Below, in pieces: positions 46,937-56,539 of a stretch of 64,000 bases of DNA. A program made the position numbers and the translations under genes. The stretch's first letter is position 1. Every line of letters starts with the position of its first letter. Source of the stretch: Parcubacteria group bacterium GW2011_GWA2_43_13. GTDB taxonomy: Bacteria; Patescibacteriota; Patescibacteriia; UBA9629; GWA2-43-13. The notes below the pieces were generated by a model. It saw nothing but the letters and a program-made list of their open reading frames with translations, was not told where the DNA came from and made no database searches. The DNA lies in NCBI GenBank assembly GCA_000999025.1, contig LCFM01000003.1, positions 12,253 through 76,252 of the forward strand, written 5' to 3'.

Positions 46937-49900
46937 CTATGATGATCGTCGTGATAATACCTTATCAACTTCAGCAAGCACCTTCTGTGGATCAATATCG
47001 GATGCTCCTATTCGCCTACCATTTTCTTCAACAAAATGAGAACTTTTATATTCATCAGCCCATGCCTTATTGTAGGTACTCCCCCCTTGTTTGTAAATTC
47101 CCCGCGCTACAGGATGCAAAACTCTTCTCGTCGCAGGACCAGACCATGTGATGGGGTTTCCAAGAATCATCATAATATTTGGTGTGCCATACATTGAAGA
47201 AATATGGCCAATACCAGTATCCGGGGTAATAGTCATATCAGCAATATGAACAAGTACGCCGATACTCCCAAGGTCTTCTTTCGCCCGAGTAATATGATAA
47301 CCCTTATCACGAATCAGGCGATCCACCAGTCCTTCACTATACATACTCACCCGTTCTGGCCGAGTATCGTCGAGAAATACAATATGTGCATCAGGATACT
47401 TAGTGCAAATCCCGTCAAAAACCTTTTCCCATTGATCAGGATGATATTCCTTAGGCATAACAGACGAACCTGCAGAAACCACAATCACACGCTCTCCTGA
47501 TTGGATATTATACTTATCTCTTAACGCTTGTTCTCGTTGCGGGAAGTCATGACCTGGTTCCCAATAACGCTCTATTTTATTGATATTGTCAAATAACTTT
47601 TGTCCAAACATCACTTCAAAATTTCTCAAAATACGAGCAGGAAGCATATCATATCGAGTAATTCCTTTAGACACTGCTTTCTCATATACCGTATCTCTCC
47701 TCCTGCGAGGAGCTTCTTCAAGCCGCCAACTCGCATAGTCAATAGACATAACCCGAGAAGAATCAGTAATATCATTTTCACTCAACCCTAATATGTCATA
47801 GCTCTCAAAATTCTTATCAGCGTTTATGAGAAATCGCTCTTTACGCCCCTCCCACACAAAAAATTGTTTCATGCCACCAACTCCATATACTGAAACACCA
47901 GGAAACTGATTTTCCAATGGCTTCATTAAAGAAACCTGATTATTAGCAACAAAGACACGAATTGGCTTTCCTGAAATATTATTCCGTTTCATATATTCAT
48001 GCAACGCCATAATCATAGGCGTTGTAAGTACTGCGTCGCCAATAGGATGATCTAATATAACAACAATTTCTTCAGCGCGCTCAATGCCAGCAATAAGAGG
48101 GCTACGATCATAATATTCCTGTTCAAATGGACGCAATCCGATCCGTGTTTCTTCTAAATAAATATTTTCTATTTGATAATGGATTCGCCGTAACTCTTGT
48201 TGCACGAATGCATCCAAAGAATTATTTTTACCATATTGCTTGTTATATTTCTCAAGTTCTTTTTCATATTTCTGCCGCTGTACTGCCGAAATCGTTGAAA
48301 TCTGTTGCAACTCATGATATCTCTTTATTAAATAATCATATCTCCCCTTCAAACGAGAATCTGCAGCAAACCGCTCAAAGAACTTCTCACTTTCTGTGAG
48401 TGAATGACGGTACACTGCCATATCTGTATAATGTTTTTTCACTTCTCCACGATAATAATCAGGGGTCCGTTCAGGTCCATCTGGAGTTGGTTGCCGAGGT
48501 GGCATAGATGGCCCTCCACGCAACGGTGCGGCTTTGAGTTGGTTGCGTTTCCAGAATGGGAGCGCCCATGGCGACTCAACTGGCCCGCCCGGTGCAGGGG
48601 GCATGATGAGCGGGTTATGTATTGTCGCTTCTATCAACTGCTTTGTCATGTCATTGCCGATTGTAGTAGCTAATGCATGCCCATCTAACCGAATCTCCAT
48701 AAATTTCACCGGATGATGAAGATAATGCAAACTCTGCTCTGTGGTAAACAGTTTTGCGATTTCAGGCGGAAGTGTCAAACGGCCGTCAGGACTTGCGCCG
48801 TCAACTAAAATACTTAACCCCTTTTTATTTAATTCATCTGTCGGAAAAATCGCAAGTTGTAAGTGTTTTAATAATGACCCTTCACTATTCCACTGCCGCA
48901 ACTGATCCCGCAAATGTTCTAATTTGGAATCAAAACTTCCGTCCGGATTTCTGCCAAATTTGTCAAACGCATTTTCCGCGTTTTTCATCAAATTATTGGC
49001 AATGCCTCGAATGTCAAAATAGACCTTTCCATCTGCGGATTTATGCACATACCCCATTTGCTGTTTGCCTTCAAATTCAATCAAGCGATTAAAGAAATTA
49101 CTAAACCGCTTGCCGGGCTCATCATGCCAATCAGCGCGCGCATGTTTATCCAGCATGTCTTTCACATAGTCCATCGGATCAACCACCTTGCTTTCTTTTG
49201 TAATAACATCTTCCATGTTAAATCCATGCTCTTTGAGTTGCGAGATAGTATCTTCGGTCAAACTTCCATCCGGGTTGAAATGCAAATTTTCAAAAATCAC
49301 TTTGCCTTTTTCATTTACCAAATCAAATCCATCTCCTTTGCTATCGGGAATAATATTCATCCCGTCCGGTATTTTTACATTCACATCCTCTGCCCCGGGC
49401 AAATCAACATGCACATCATGAAACCCGGGACGGGGCGCTAACTCTTTAGCATGCTCTGCCACCTCGCCTGCGGCGCCTCCGGCGCCTTGCGCAACCTCAT
49501 GCGCCACGCCAGCGCCTCTTTCACCACTGCCGGTCATGTGATGCCACAACGCCTCAATATAACTGTCAGTTTTCGGCGCATGGCCAACTGCCTCTAATCC
49601 CTTAAACCATGCAAACTGCCCAACCGTTCCGGCTAACCCGCCTACTGCCACGCCAGCCAGCCCTGCGATAACTGCCTGGCCTCTTTTATACCTATCAAAT
49701 GCTTTATCATTCTCTTGGATATTTGAAACCAATGCATTCTTGCGATTATTAAAACGATTCAGAATTTCTACTGGGAGGTTATCATCATCTTCGAATCCAA
49801 ATTTTTTACGTACATCGCGCAATCGAATTTTTACATCAGTCATTGCAATTTCTTTTGTTTTATGCGGAAGGCCATACTGCACACCAATTAAATCAACTGA

Positions 49901-52453
49901 TTTTTTTTGCTCAACCTGAATCCGCGCCATAATATCTGCGACATAATCACGATCAGCATCAGCTAAACTACTTTGCGCATAAATCGCATCAAGTCGAGGA
50001 ATAACTGTTTCCGCTTTAATATGATCGTAATGAAACCGCTCAAGCGCTTTACGCTGGCGATCATTGGCCACTGTTTCCGCTCCAAGCGTTGATTGCCTTA
50101 TCGCAAGCCCGCGATCATATTTCAAATCCCTCATCCTGCGCATTGCCACAAACGCTCCACCGACTGCCATACTTGCAAGCAAAGGTGCCCAGGCAGGAGC
50201 CGTACTTGCAACGGTTGCAATAAATCCAGCAGTCGCAACTGCTTTTGCGCCGCGTCGAAACAAAGCATTGCCGACAAATCCACCTAATACGCCATATGCA
50301 ACTGGATTCGCAAGCACTTTACCGGCATGCTTCCCTAATACAGGAATATTTTCAACAAAATCAACATATTTTTCAAACCGAGTCAGAACCTCTTTAGGCT
50401 TATTATCATACAAATCACGCTGTTTTAATCCGAGCTGAATATCTAATGCCATTTCACGACGCAGATGAGTGAGAACCTTTTCCTCTTCTCCAGGATATTG
50501 TTCTGTAAGCTCTTGAATCCGTGCGCGGTATTCTTGCGCCAATTCCCAAAAATTATTTGCAAACAACAGCCCCCTTGCCTCGCGCTCGCGCGTTGCATCA
50601 TCTGAATAATTCTTTCCATGCAACAATGGTAATAATTGATGTTCAAGTTCCTCATCAAACGCTTGTCGCGTCATGGGATGCATGGCATGACGATAAAATA
50701 AATCAGCCGACACACTATTAATAGTTGCATTATCAGAAACGACCGCGCCTTTTTCATTTTGTTGGTTGATTTCTTCTGCAAATTGACGAATGACTGCGTC
50801 CAACACCTGATACGAAATATCTTGGCTTCCCGCATCAATCTGAATATTACTGTCGCCGCGAACTTTTGCTTCGATTTGTGTAAGTAAATTCTTATTACTT
50901 TGAATTGCGCTTAACGCCTCTTGATAGAATTTAATCAAATACCCTTTCTCGCTTGACCGTACCCACCAGCGTTTCACCATATTAGAATTATCAAGTAAGA
51001 CACGAAGTTTTTCTTCTGCCTCGCGCCATGCGTAGGCCTTTGCGATTTCTGACACATCAATAAGATACGCTTTCTTTTTGCCCAACGGCTGTGGTTGACG
51101 ACGTTCCGGAGTTGGCGTTGGAGTTTGCTCGGTTGGAGGTGTTGGAGTAGGTGCTGGGGTCGGGGACTGAGTTGGTACTGGCGCGGGCGATGTCGCAACT
51201 CTCGGCCGCGGAGTTGCGAGTAAATATTTCCAATGTTTGTGAGGTGTAATGGCTAAAAGGTTGAATGTTTTAGGATCCAACTGCACATGCCCAGCGGCGT
51301 CAACTGTCCCCAGCTGTTTTAGCGTATCAAGCATGACTTGTATATTATGCACATGACTTTGCCATACGCTGTCAACTAATGTTTGTATTTCCGGGGATGA
51401 CCGGGCCATGGTGCGCAAACTTGGATGCCCACCAGAAGCTTGAGCCAAGTAATCATAGATACCGTTTTCCTGCGTCAAAAGCGTTAAGAGCTGATCAAGC
51501 GATATATGGTTTGAATAGGTGTATGCTAACACTTCTTCTTTCCCCCACTTGGCAATATGTTCAAATACAATACGACCAACATGCGAGGAAATAACATCAC
51601 GTATTGTCTTATCAGGAAGTGCCTGCCACCAATCTACAATATTCCAATCCTCCGGTACCTGTGCATTCGGATCACCTATTTTTTTACGAATATTTTCAAC
51701 TTCATTTTGAATACCCCAGTGATCAATATGCTCAGGGAACATTGCTGAATTTGCCCGATGCCGCCATTCATGGCTTTGAATAGTAGCACCAGAAAGAGCA
51801 CCTGTTGTTGATCCATCTACAACAATGATACATCCTCGTAAATCAGGAGCATTCTTTGTAATGCGTGGATCACTATAGGAAAGAAATGCAGCGAGCCCGC
51901 CACTCCCAATAATAGTAATGTAATCGCGCTTATCATAAAAGGTAATATTGATGGTCGAAGGCGTAGGGCTTGTAATGTCAACATCGCCATATAATGACGT
52001 TTCAAAAATATCTGATGCCCATTGTTTGGGATCAGACATCATTTTTTGTGTCCGAAGTACAGCTGCGCATTGATCCACCACTAACCGCACTCGTTGTTCA
52101 ACAAGTTTTCGTTGATAAGTGGTTAATTTATCCATCTGTTCAGGAACCAATACCTCTCTCTCAACTTCTTGATACGTAATAGTCCCTGTCGGTCCGCCAC
52201 TGGGATTATTTTGACGAAACCCTTCAATCACCTCTATGGCATGATCAACAATCCCTGCCATAACCTTATATTCCACAACTAACTCATCGCGCGTATTTTT
52301 ATCAACACGATCTCTACGCGACGGCTCTCCCGGCGCAACAGCCACTAATAGTTGATTGCGGTACTCAGCCAAATCATAATTTGGCGTGGTATCTTGTGAG
52401 TGCGATGAGTCATCCGCTCTACTGATACCAATATACTCTCTTGTTTCTCCCAT
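46937..52453 (-). CDS. 1838-aa multidomain protein: HEXXH domain, Pro/Thr linker, TM segments, C-terminal GT9-like glycosyltransferase
   Basis: SHEWRH..KEEVLAY; PTPAPTPTPP; Gly/Ala-rich hydrophobic helices; IGDAVLTTP, SAGSSVMPKEY, TPDTGIGHIS. Confidence 0.8.
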   Translation of the reverse strand: MGETREYIGISRADDSSHSQDTTPNYDLAEYRNQLLVAVAPGEPSRRDRVDKNTRDELVVEYKVMAGIVDHAIEVIEGFRQNNPSGGPTGTITYQEVEREVLVPEQMDKLTTYQRKLVEQRVRLVVDQCAAVLRTQKMMSDPKQWASDIFETSLYGDVDITSPTPSTINITFYDKRDYITIIGSGGLAAFLSYSDPRITKNAPDLRGCIIVVDGSTTGALSGATIQSHEWRHRANSAMFPEHIDHWGIQNEVENIRKKIGDPNAQVPEDWNIVDWWQALPDKTIRDVISSHVGRIVFEHIAKWGKEEVLAYTYSNHISLDQLLTLLTQENGIYDYLAQASGGHPSLRTMARSSPEIQTLVDSVWQSHVHNIQVMLDTLKQLGTVDAAGHVQLDPKTFNLLAITPHKHWKYLLATPRPRVATSPAPVPTQSPTPAPTPTPPTEQTPTPTPERRQPQPLGKKKAYLIDVSEIAKAYAWREAEEKLRVLLDNSNMVKRWWVRSSEKGYLIKFYQEALSAIQSNKNLLTQIEAKVRGDSNIQIDAGSQDISYQVLDAVIRQFAEEINQQNEKGAVVSDNATINSVSADLFYRHAMHPMTRQAFDEELEHQLLPLLHGKNYSDDATREREARGLLFANNFWELAQEYRARIQELTEQYPGEEEKVLTHLRREMALDIQLGLKQRDLYDNKPKEVLTRFEKYVDFVENIPVLGKHAGKVLANPVAYGVLGGFVGNALFRRGAKAVATAGFIATVASTAPAWAPLLASMAVGGAFVAMRRMRDLKYDRGLAIRQSTLGAETVANDRQRKALERFHYDHIKAETVIPRLDAIYAQSSLADADRDYVADIMARIQVEQKKSVDLIGVQYGLPHKTKEIAMTDVKIRLRDVRKKFGFEDDDNLPVEILNRFNNRKNALVSNIQENDKAFDRYKRGQAVIAGLAGVAVGGLAGTVGQFAWFKGLEAVGHAPKTDSYIEALWHHMTGSGERGAGVAHEVAQGAGGAAGEVAEHAKELAPRPGFHDVHVDLPGAEDVNVKIPDGMNIIPDSKGDGFDLVNEKGKVIFENLHFNPDGSLTEDTISQLKEHGFNMEDVITKESKVVDPMDYVKDMLDKHARADWHDEPGKRFSNFFNRLIEFEGKQQMGYVHKSADGKVYFDIRGIANNLMKNAENAFDKFGRNPDGSFDSKLEHLRDQLRQWNSEGSLLKHLQLAIFPTDELNKKGLSILVDGASPDGRLTLPPEIAKLFTTEQSLHYLHHPVKFMEIRLDGHALATTIGNDMTKQLIEATIHNPLIMPPAPGGPVESPWALPFWKRNQLKAAPLRGGPSMPPRQPTPDGPERTPDYYRGEVKKHYTDMAVYRHSLTESEKFFERFAADSRLKGRYDYLIKRYHELQQISTISAVQRQKYEKELEKYNKQYGKNNSLDAFVQQELRRIHYQIENIYLEETRIGLRPFEQEYYDRSPLIAGIERAEEIVVILDHPIGDAVLTTPMIMALHEYMKRNNISGKPIRVFVANNQVSLMKPLENQFPGVSVYGVGGMKQFFVWEGRKERFLINADKNFESYDILGLSENDITDSSRVMSIDYASWRLEEAPRRRRDTVYEKAVSKGITRYDMLPARILRNFEVMFGQKLFDNINKIERYWEPGHDFPQREQALRDKYNIQSGERVIVVSAGSSVMPKEYHPDQWEKVFDGICTKYPDAHIVFLDDTRPERVSMYSEGLVDRLIRDKGYHITRAKEDLGSIGVLVHIADMTITPDTGIGHISSMYGTPNIMMILGNPITWSGPATRRVLHPVARGIYKQGGSTYNKAWADEYKSSHFVEENGRRIGASDIDPQKVLAEVDKVLSRRSS

Positions 52454-52457
52454 AGGG

Positions 52458-52769
52458 CTAACTGTTTAAATAAATATCCCGAAACTCCATCATGGTTTTT
52501 GCCATAATTTCATCAATACTCGGAATTCGTTCATGTAAAAATGACTGTACCTCTTGGCTATTGAAATCATGATTCTCTATGAGCTTTTCAAAATCCTTCG
52601 CATCCTGCGATGAGAATTCCTGAAAAATCGCCGTACCGATATACGCGTTCAAGCGTTGAGTAAGACCTGCCATCATATCTTGACGCAAATTATCTGATAC
52701 TCCGCCCTGTTCTGCCTCATCAATCAATTTTTCTAAAAAATCATGAATAAATTGTTCTCCTTGTTCCAT
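52458..52769 (-). CDS. DUF5663-like small acidic helical protein
   Basis: Acidic helical protein ending FLHERIPSIDEIMAKTMMEFR; 4 nt from the giant ORF start. Confidence 0.7.
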   Translation of the reverse strand: MEQGEQFIHDFLEKLIDEAEQGGVSDNLRQDMMAGLTQRLNAYIGTAIFQEFSSQDAKDFEKLIENHDFNSQEVQSFLHERIPSIDEIMAKTMMEFRDIYLNS

Positions 52770-52779
52770 AGAAGCGTAT

Positions 52780-52807
52780 GTAGAGACCGGGTGAACCCCA
52801 TCTCTAC
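52780..52807. repeat. GTAG-type REP
   Basis: GTAGAGACCGGGTGAACCCCATCTCTAC. Confidence 0.8.
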
Positions 52808-52828
52808 AGATTATATCAAAAACAAACA

Positions 52829-53086
52829 CTACGTGCCATTATCTCCATTCCCTCGATCGCTTTTTGCGATTCTCATAGAAAAAAATGCAACAATACCAGT
52901 AATAATCAACGCATAGATAATCTTTGCCATAACTGTTCCGCGGTCTAATGGGAAAATCTCTTCAATAAGCGCCACGATGGCATCGTTCCACGCAAGTCCT
53001 GCTACAACTCCAAGGCCTGCCACAATATAACCCAGTGTTTGCCTATGTAGTTCCTTGGTTAATTTGTCTTGTTTGTTTTTTTTCAT
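52829..53086 (-). CDS. DUF5654-like membrane protein
   Basis: AGLGVVAGLAWNDAI..YALIIT. Confidence 0.8.
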   Translation of the reverse strand: MKKNKQDKLTKELHRQTLGYIVAGLGVVAGLAWNDAIVALIEEIFPLDRGTVMAKIIYALIITGIVAFFSMRIAKSDRGNGDNGT

Positions 53087-53607
53087 AGTTCAGCTAATAC
53101 CTCAATAACTGTCTTCATAAATACTGGTAAATCATCTGGTTTGCGCGAAGTGATCATATTCCCATCCTGCACTACGGCTTGATCTTCCCAATCGCCTCCT
53201 GCGTTTTTCATATCATCTTTAATTGCAAAAAAAGATGTAACCCGCTTTGCGCGAATCACATCCGCAGATACTAACATCCATCCGCCATGGCAAATCGCGG
53301 CAACCACTTTTCCCGTTTGCGCCATCTGGCGCACAAAATCAACCATTTGTTTGTGGCGACGCATGTAATCAGGAGCAAAGCCACCAGGAATAATCACTGC
53401 ATCAAAATGATGTTCAACAAGTTCATCCATTCCCATCTCCGCAATTGCCTCATATCCGTACTTTCCTTTATACATTTCTCCCTTTTTCACGCCAACAAAA
53501 AATACCTGCGCTCCTTCTTCTTTTAAGCGGTAATACGGATACCATGCTTCCATATCCTGATACAGCGTCTCCATTAAAATCGCAACTGTTTTCCCTTGAA
53601 GTAACAT
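53083..53607 (-). CDS. PfpI/DJ-1 family protein
   Basis: IPGGFAPD, AAICHGGW, TSRKPDDLP. Confidence 0.93.
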   Translation of the reverse strand: MLLQGKTVAILMETLYQDMEAWYPYYRLKEEGAQVFFVGVKKGEMYKGKYGYEAIAEMGMDELVEHHFDAVIIPGGFAPDYMRRHKQMVDFVRQMAQTGKVVAAICHGGWMLVSADVIRAKRVTSFFAIKDDMKNAGGDWEDQAVVQDGNMITSRKPDDLPVFMKTVIEVLAEL

Positions 53608-53646
53608 AGATTCTTTCTGTATTGTAACAGAAATCTCCCACCAGTT

Positions 53647-53675
53647 GTAGAGACACCCCCCTGAGGCGTCTCTAT
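53647..53675. repeat. GTAG-type REP overlapping the HD-gene stop codon
   Basis: GTAGAGACACCCCCCTGAGGCGTCTCTAT. Confidence 0.8.
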
Positions 53676-54226
53676 AATCCCAAATCATCAGCAATGTCTT
53701 TCATGGCCTCAAGCTCAAGCACAACTAATTCTTCAAGCGTCATACCAAGCAGTTCTTGGCATCTGGCAATAAGATCGCGATCTACTCCGCGAGCAAACCC
53801 CGGTGTTTTAAATTTTTTCAATATTGATTCAGAAATAACTGATGCGAGTTTTTTATCCGGCTGTACCAATGCGCACGCTACAATCAACCCGGTCAATTCT
53901 TCTGCACAATACAATGCCTTTTCAAGCATAGTTTGCGGTTCAATCCCATGCAAATGATTATGCACATAAATCGCTCGGACAACGTCATCATCCACTCCTG
54001 CTGTTTTTAAATATCCTTGCGACATAATGGAATGTTGCAAGGGATCATCTGCTGTTTCTTCCCAATCAATATCATGCAACAGTCCTGCAAGCGCCCATTT
54101 TGCTTGATCTTGTTCAAACCTTTTTGCCAGCGCTTTCATAACTGCTTCTGCCGCAACCATGTGTTTGATTAAACTTTCATTTTTTACATGTTCTCGTAAT
54201 AATGCCATTGATTGTTGTTGTGTCAT
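53672..54226 (-). CDS. HD-domain phosphohydrolase (HDIG-like)
   Basis: KHMVA, GLLHDIDWE, ELTGLIVACAL, FARGVDR. Confidence 0.9.
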   Translation of the reverse strand: MTQQQSMALLREHVKNESLIKHMVAAEAVMKALAKRFEQDQAKWALAGLLHDIDWEETADDPLQHSIMSQGYLKTAGVDDDVVRAIYVHNHLHGIEPQTMLEKALYCAEELTGLIVACALVQPDKKLASVISESILKKFKTPGFARGVDRDLIARCQELLGMTLEELVVLELEAMKDIADDLGL

Positions 54227-54240
54227 AGTATTATTTTCAT

Positions 54241-54348
54241 ACCACCCCCTCCTTATACAGGATGGGGAAACTGATACATCACCTCTCCTTTACAAAGAGA
54301 GTGCCCATACGTCTCCCTCTCCGTTGCAAGGAGAGGGTAGGGTGAGGT
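54241..54348. repeat. Family B palindromic repeat cluster (three units)
   Basis: Ends CTCCCTCTCCGTTGCAAGGAGAGGGTAGGGTGAGGT. Confidence 0.75.
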
Positions 54349-54678
54349 TTACCGACCATCCCCGCTCCCACCTAACACACCACGGTCTTTGCGAGAAAAT
54401 AATTTTTCAATATTTGCTTGCGCGATATCATCTAATGATAATCCAAATTCTGTTGCGCATTGTGAAACATACCACAACACATCACCAAGCTCGCTCTTAA
54501 TATCTTCGCGTTTCTCATCAGATACAACACCACTATCATCCCGCATTATTTTTTTCACTTTTCCGGCAACCTCGCCTGCCTCGCTCGCAAGGCCCAATGT
54601 CGGGTAAATAAAATTCTTTCCCACATTGGGATACAGTGCCGTTGTTTTCGATTTTTGCTGATACTCTTCAAAGTTCAT
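54349..54678 (-). CDS. MazG-like NTP pyrophosphohydrolase
   Basis: LGLASEAGEV, ELGDVLWY, NIEKL..R..GSGD. Confidence 0.92.
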   Translation of the reverse strand: MNFEEYQQKSKTTALYPNVGKNFIYPTLGLASEAGEVAGKVKKIMRDDSGVVSDEKREDIKSELGDVLWYVSQCATEFGLSLDDIAQANIEKLFSRKDRGVLGGSGDGR

Positions 54679-54760
54679 AGGATAAAAATAATATCATTAT
54701 CAATATTTTAATGCAAAAAAACAGCTGTCCCGTACGACAGCTGGTGAGAGAAGTCAACGA

Positions 54761-55060
54761 TCAGTACAGTAAGAGAACAACACCTTGTGGGAAACTGATA
54801 ACAAGCACCTTGGGGCATACCGCCTGCAACCACAACGATTGATATATGACAATCGCATCTCGCAACCGAGAAAAGAATCGCTGTTTCACAGATCTGCTAA
54901 GTTGTTCCCACAAAAAACCGACACCCTCCAATGCCATACACGCACACTCAAGGGAATAGCATACCTCCATCTCACCCTGCGCTCGGACAACTCCGCGCAA
55001 TTCATAGATGAATTGTTCGAGCACGCCATCAAAAGCAATGGCGAGATCCGACTGGTCCAT
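54761..55060 (-). CDS. Hypothetical protein
   Basis: AAGGGGA SD-like sequence; downstream terminator CAGCTGTC..GACAGCTGTTTTTTT. Confidence 0.45.
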   Translation of the reverse strand: MDQSDLAIAFDGVLEQFIYELRGVVRAQGEMEVCYSLECACMALEGVGFLWEQLSRSVKQRFFSRLRDAIVIYQSLWLQAVCPKVLVISFPQGVVLLLY

Positions 55061-55137
55061 GAAAGTCCCCTTCATCACGTTGTGTTATTTTTATGATACT
55101 CTTCTCCGCCACCACTGTCGAGAAATAAAAAAATACA

Positions 55138-56439
55138 TTATAACACGTCTAAAATGCTCTTAATCACCCGCATTTCTTGTGTATCCAAATCCTGCGCCGT
55201 AATGCCGTGCGCGGCGCGCAAGGCATTGATCGGCTTTTTATCATCTCTCCGCTGATACTTACGCGGATAGCTTTTTTCCAAATCGCCATTAAGAATAAAA
55301 ATATTCGCTCGGCGCAACAGCTGTATCTTTTTATTCCGATTGGCGCGTTCATTCCCATACAGTGTCTGCGCAATCACATCAGACCAATGGCTCCGCAAAG
55401 CATCACCATCCAACATAATCAGGTATGGGATTTTAAACGCCTCAAATACTTTTGCGTAAATATCAATATTATCCTTACTATTGGCATACATAACTTTCAC
55501 ATCCAATTCGCCATGATAAAACCGGTCAATCAATCCGCGCATTAAAATTCTGTCAGACACGCCTTCTACCAATAACACTTGATCCGCAAAAAACATTTCA
55601 GAATTATCAGCATCAAGTTCTTGCTCAAGGCGGTTGGTGTTAATGGCAATACCAGAGTCGGTAAGTTGGTATATTTTTGTATTCCTGTTTTCATCGCGCG
55701 CAACCCGCCATAAATGCGCAATCTGCTGGGGCTGAACAAACACAGGGCTATGCGTGGTTAAAAATATCTGATTATTCAATTTTTTATCCTTTAATACCCG
55801 AACAAATTTTTTGATCAGCGTGGGATGAAGATGCGTTTCCGGCTCATCAATCAGCACAATATCATAATCAGGATGATACACATAAAATAACATCACAAAT
55901 AATCGCTTAAATCCTTCACCCATGCGCCCTAATGGACGATCTTTGCGATCTGAAAACACGGTTGCCAAAAACAGGCGATCGCTGATTTCAATATCATTAA
56001 AATATTCTTTGAGCATCGCGCAAAATTGAGCATATACGGCAGGATGCGTGGATGAAAACTGTTTCAACTCTTGCGCTACTTTTAATGTGTCTGTCTTCTC
56101 TACTCCAATCCGTATCACGCGTTTTTGAATATGTAAGATCGTAGATGTATTTTTTTGCACTTTTCCCCCATCTATCAACCATTGTTGAATATTTTTATGC
56201 TGTTTGATGCTAACATATTCTCCGCTTTTCAAACGCAGAGTAAGTTCCAAATCAGCGCGCGAATCATAAAATCGGTCAGGATCAGGAGATGGATTAAAAA
56301 ACTGCTCAATCGCATCTAATACATTGGTTTTGCCGGAATTATTTGGGCCGATCAAAATCTGAAGATGCGAAAAACGATCAAGCACAATCGGCTCTTCAAC
56401 TGTTTTGTAATGATTGATACGCAACGCTTGTATATGCAT
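55138..56439 (-). CDS. OLD-family ATP-dependent nuclease (ABC ATPase + TOPRIM)
   Basis: GPNNSGKT, IDEPETHLHP, TTHSP, FFADQVLLVEGVSD, DGD. Confidence 0.9.
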   Translation of the reverse strand: MHIQALRINHYKTVEEPIVLDRFSHLQILIGPNNSGKTNVLDAIEQFFNPSPDPDRFYDSRADLELTLRLKSGEYVSIKQHKNIQQWLIDGGKVQKNTSTILHIQKRVIRIGVEKTDTLKVAQELKQFSSTHPAVYAQFCAMLKEYFNDIEISDRLFLATVFSDRKDRPLGRMGEGFKRLFVMLFYVYHPDYDIVLIDEPETHLHPTLIKKFVRVLKDKKLNNQIFLTTHSPVFVQPQQIAHLWRVARDENRNTKIYQLTDSGIAINTNRLEQELDADNSEMFFADQVLLVEGVSDRILMRGLIDRFYHGELDVKVMYANSKDNIDIYAKVFEAFKIPYLIMLDGDALRSHWSDVIAQTLYGNERANRNKKIQLLRRANIFILNGDLEKSYPRKYQRRDDKKPINALRAAHGITAQDLDTQEMRVIKSILDVL

Positions 56440-56445
56440 AGTAAT

Positions 56446-56536
56446 CAAAATATCAGATTTCGATTCTCACATATCAAATTCTCTACGATTAACGCGGTCG
56501 TCATTTGAAAACTGACATCTGACATTTGATAATTGG
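56446..56536. repeat. Degenerate heptamer repeat hairpin
   Basis: ATCAAAATATCAGATT..ATATCAAAT ... TTTGAAAACTGACATCTGACATTTGATAATTG. Confidence 0.65.
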
Positions 56537-56539
56537 ATA

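Noticed and set aside
46750-46995. 81-aa ORF between archease and the giant gene
   Set aside because: It runs over a terminator-like hairpin and an RPE-like half element, and has no protein motifs.
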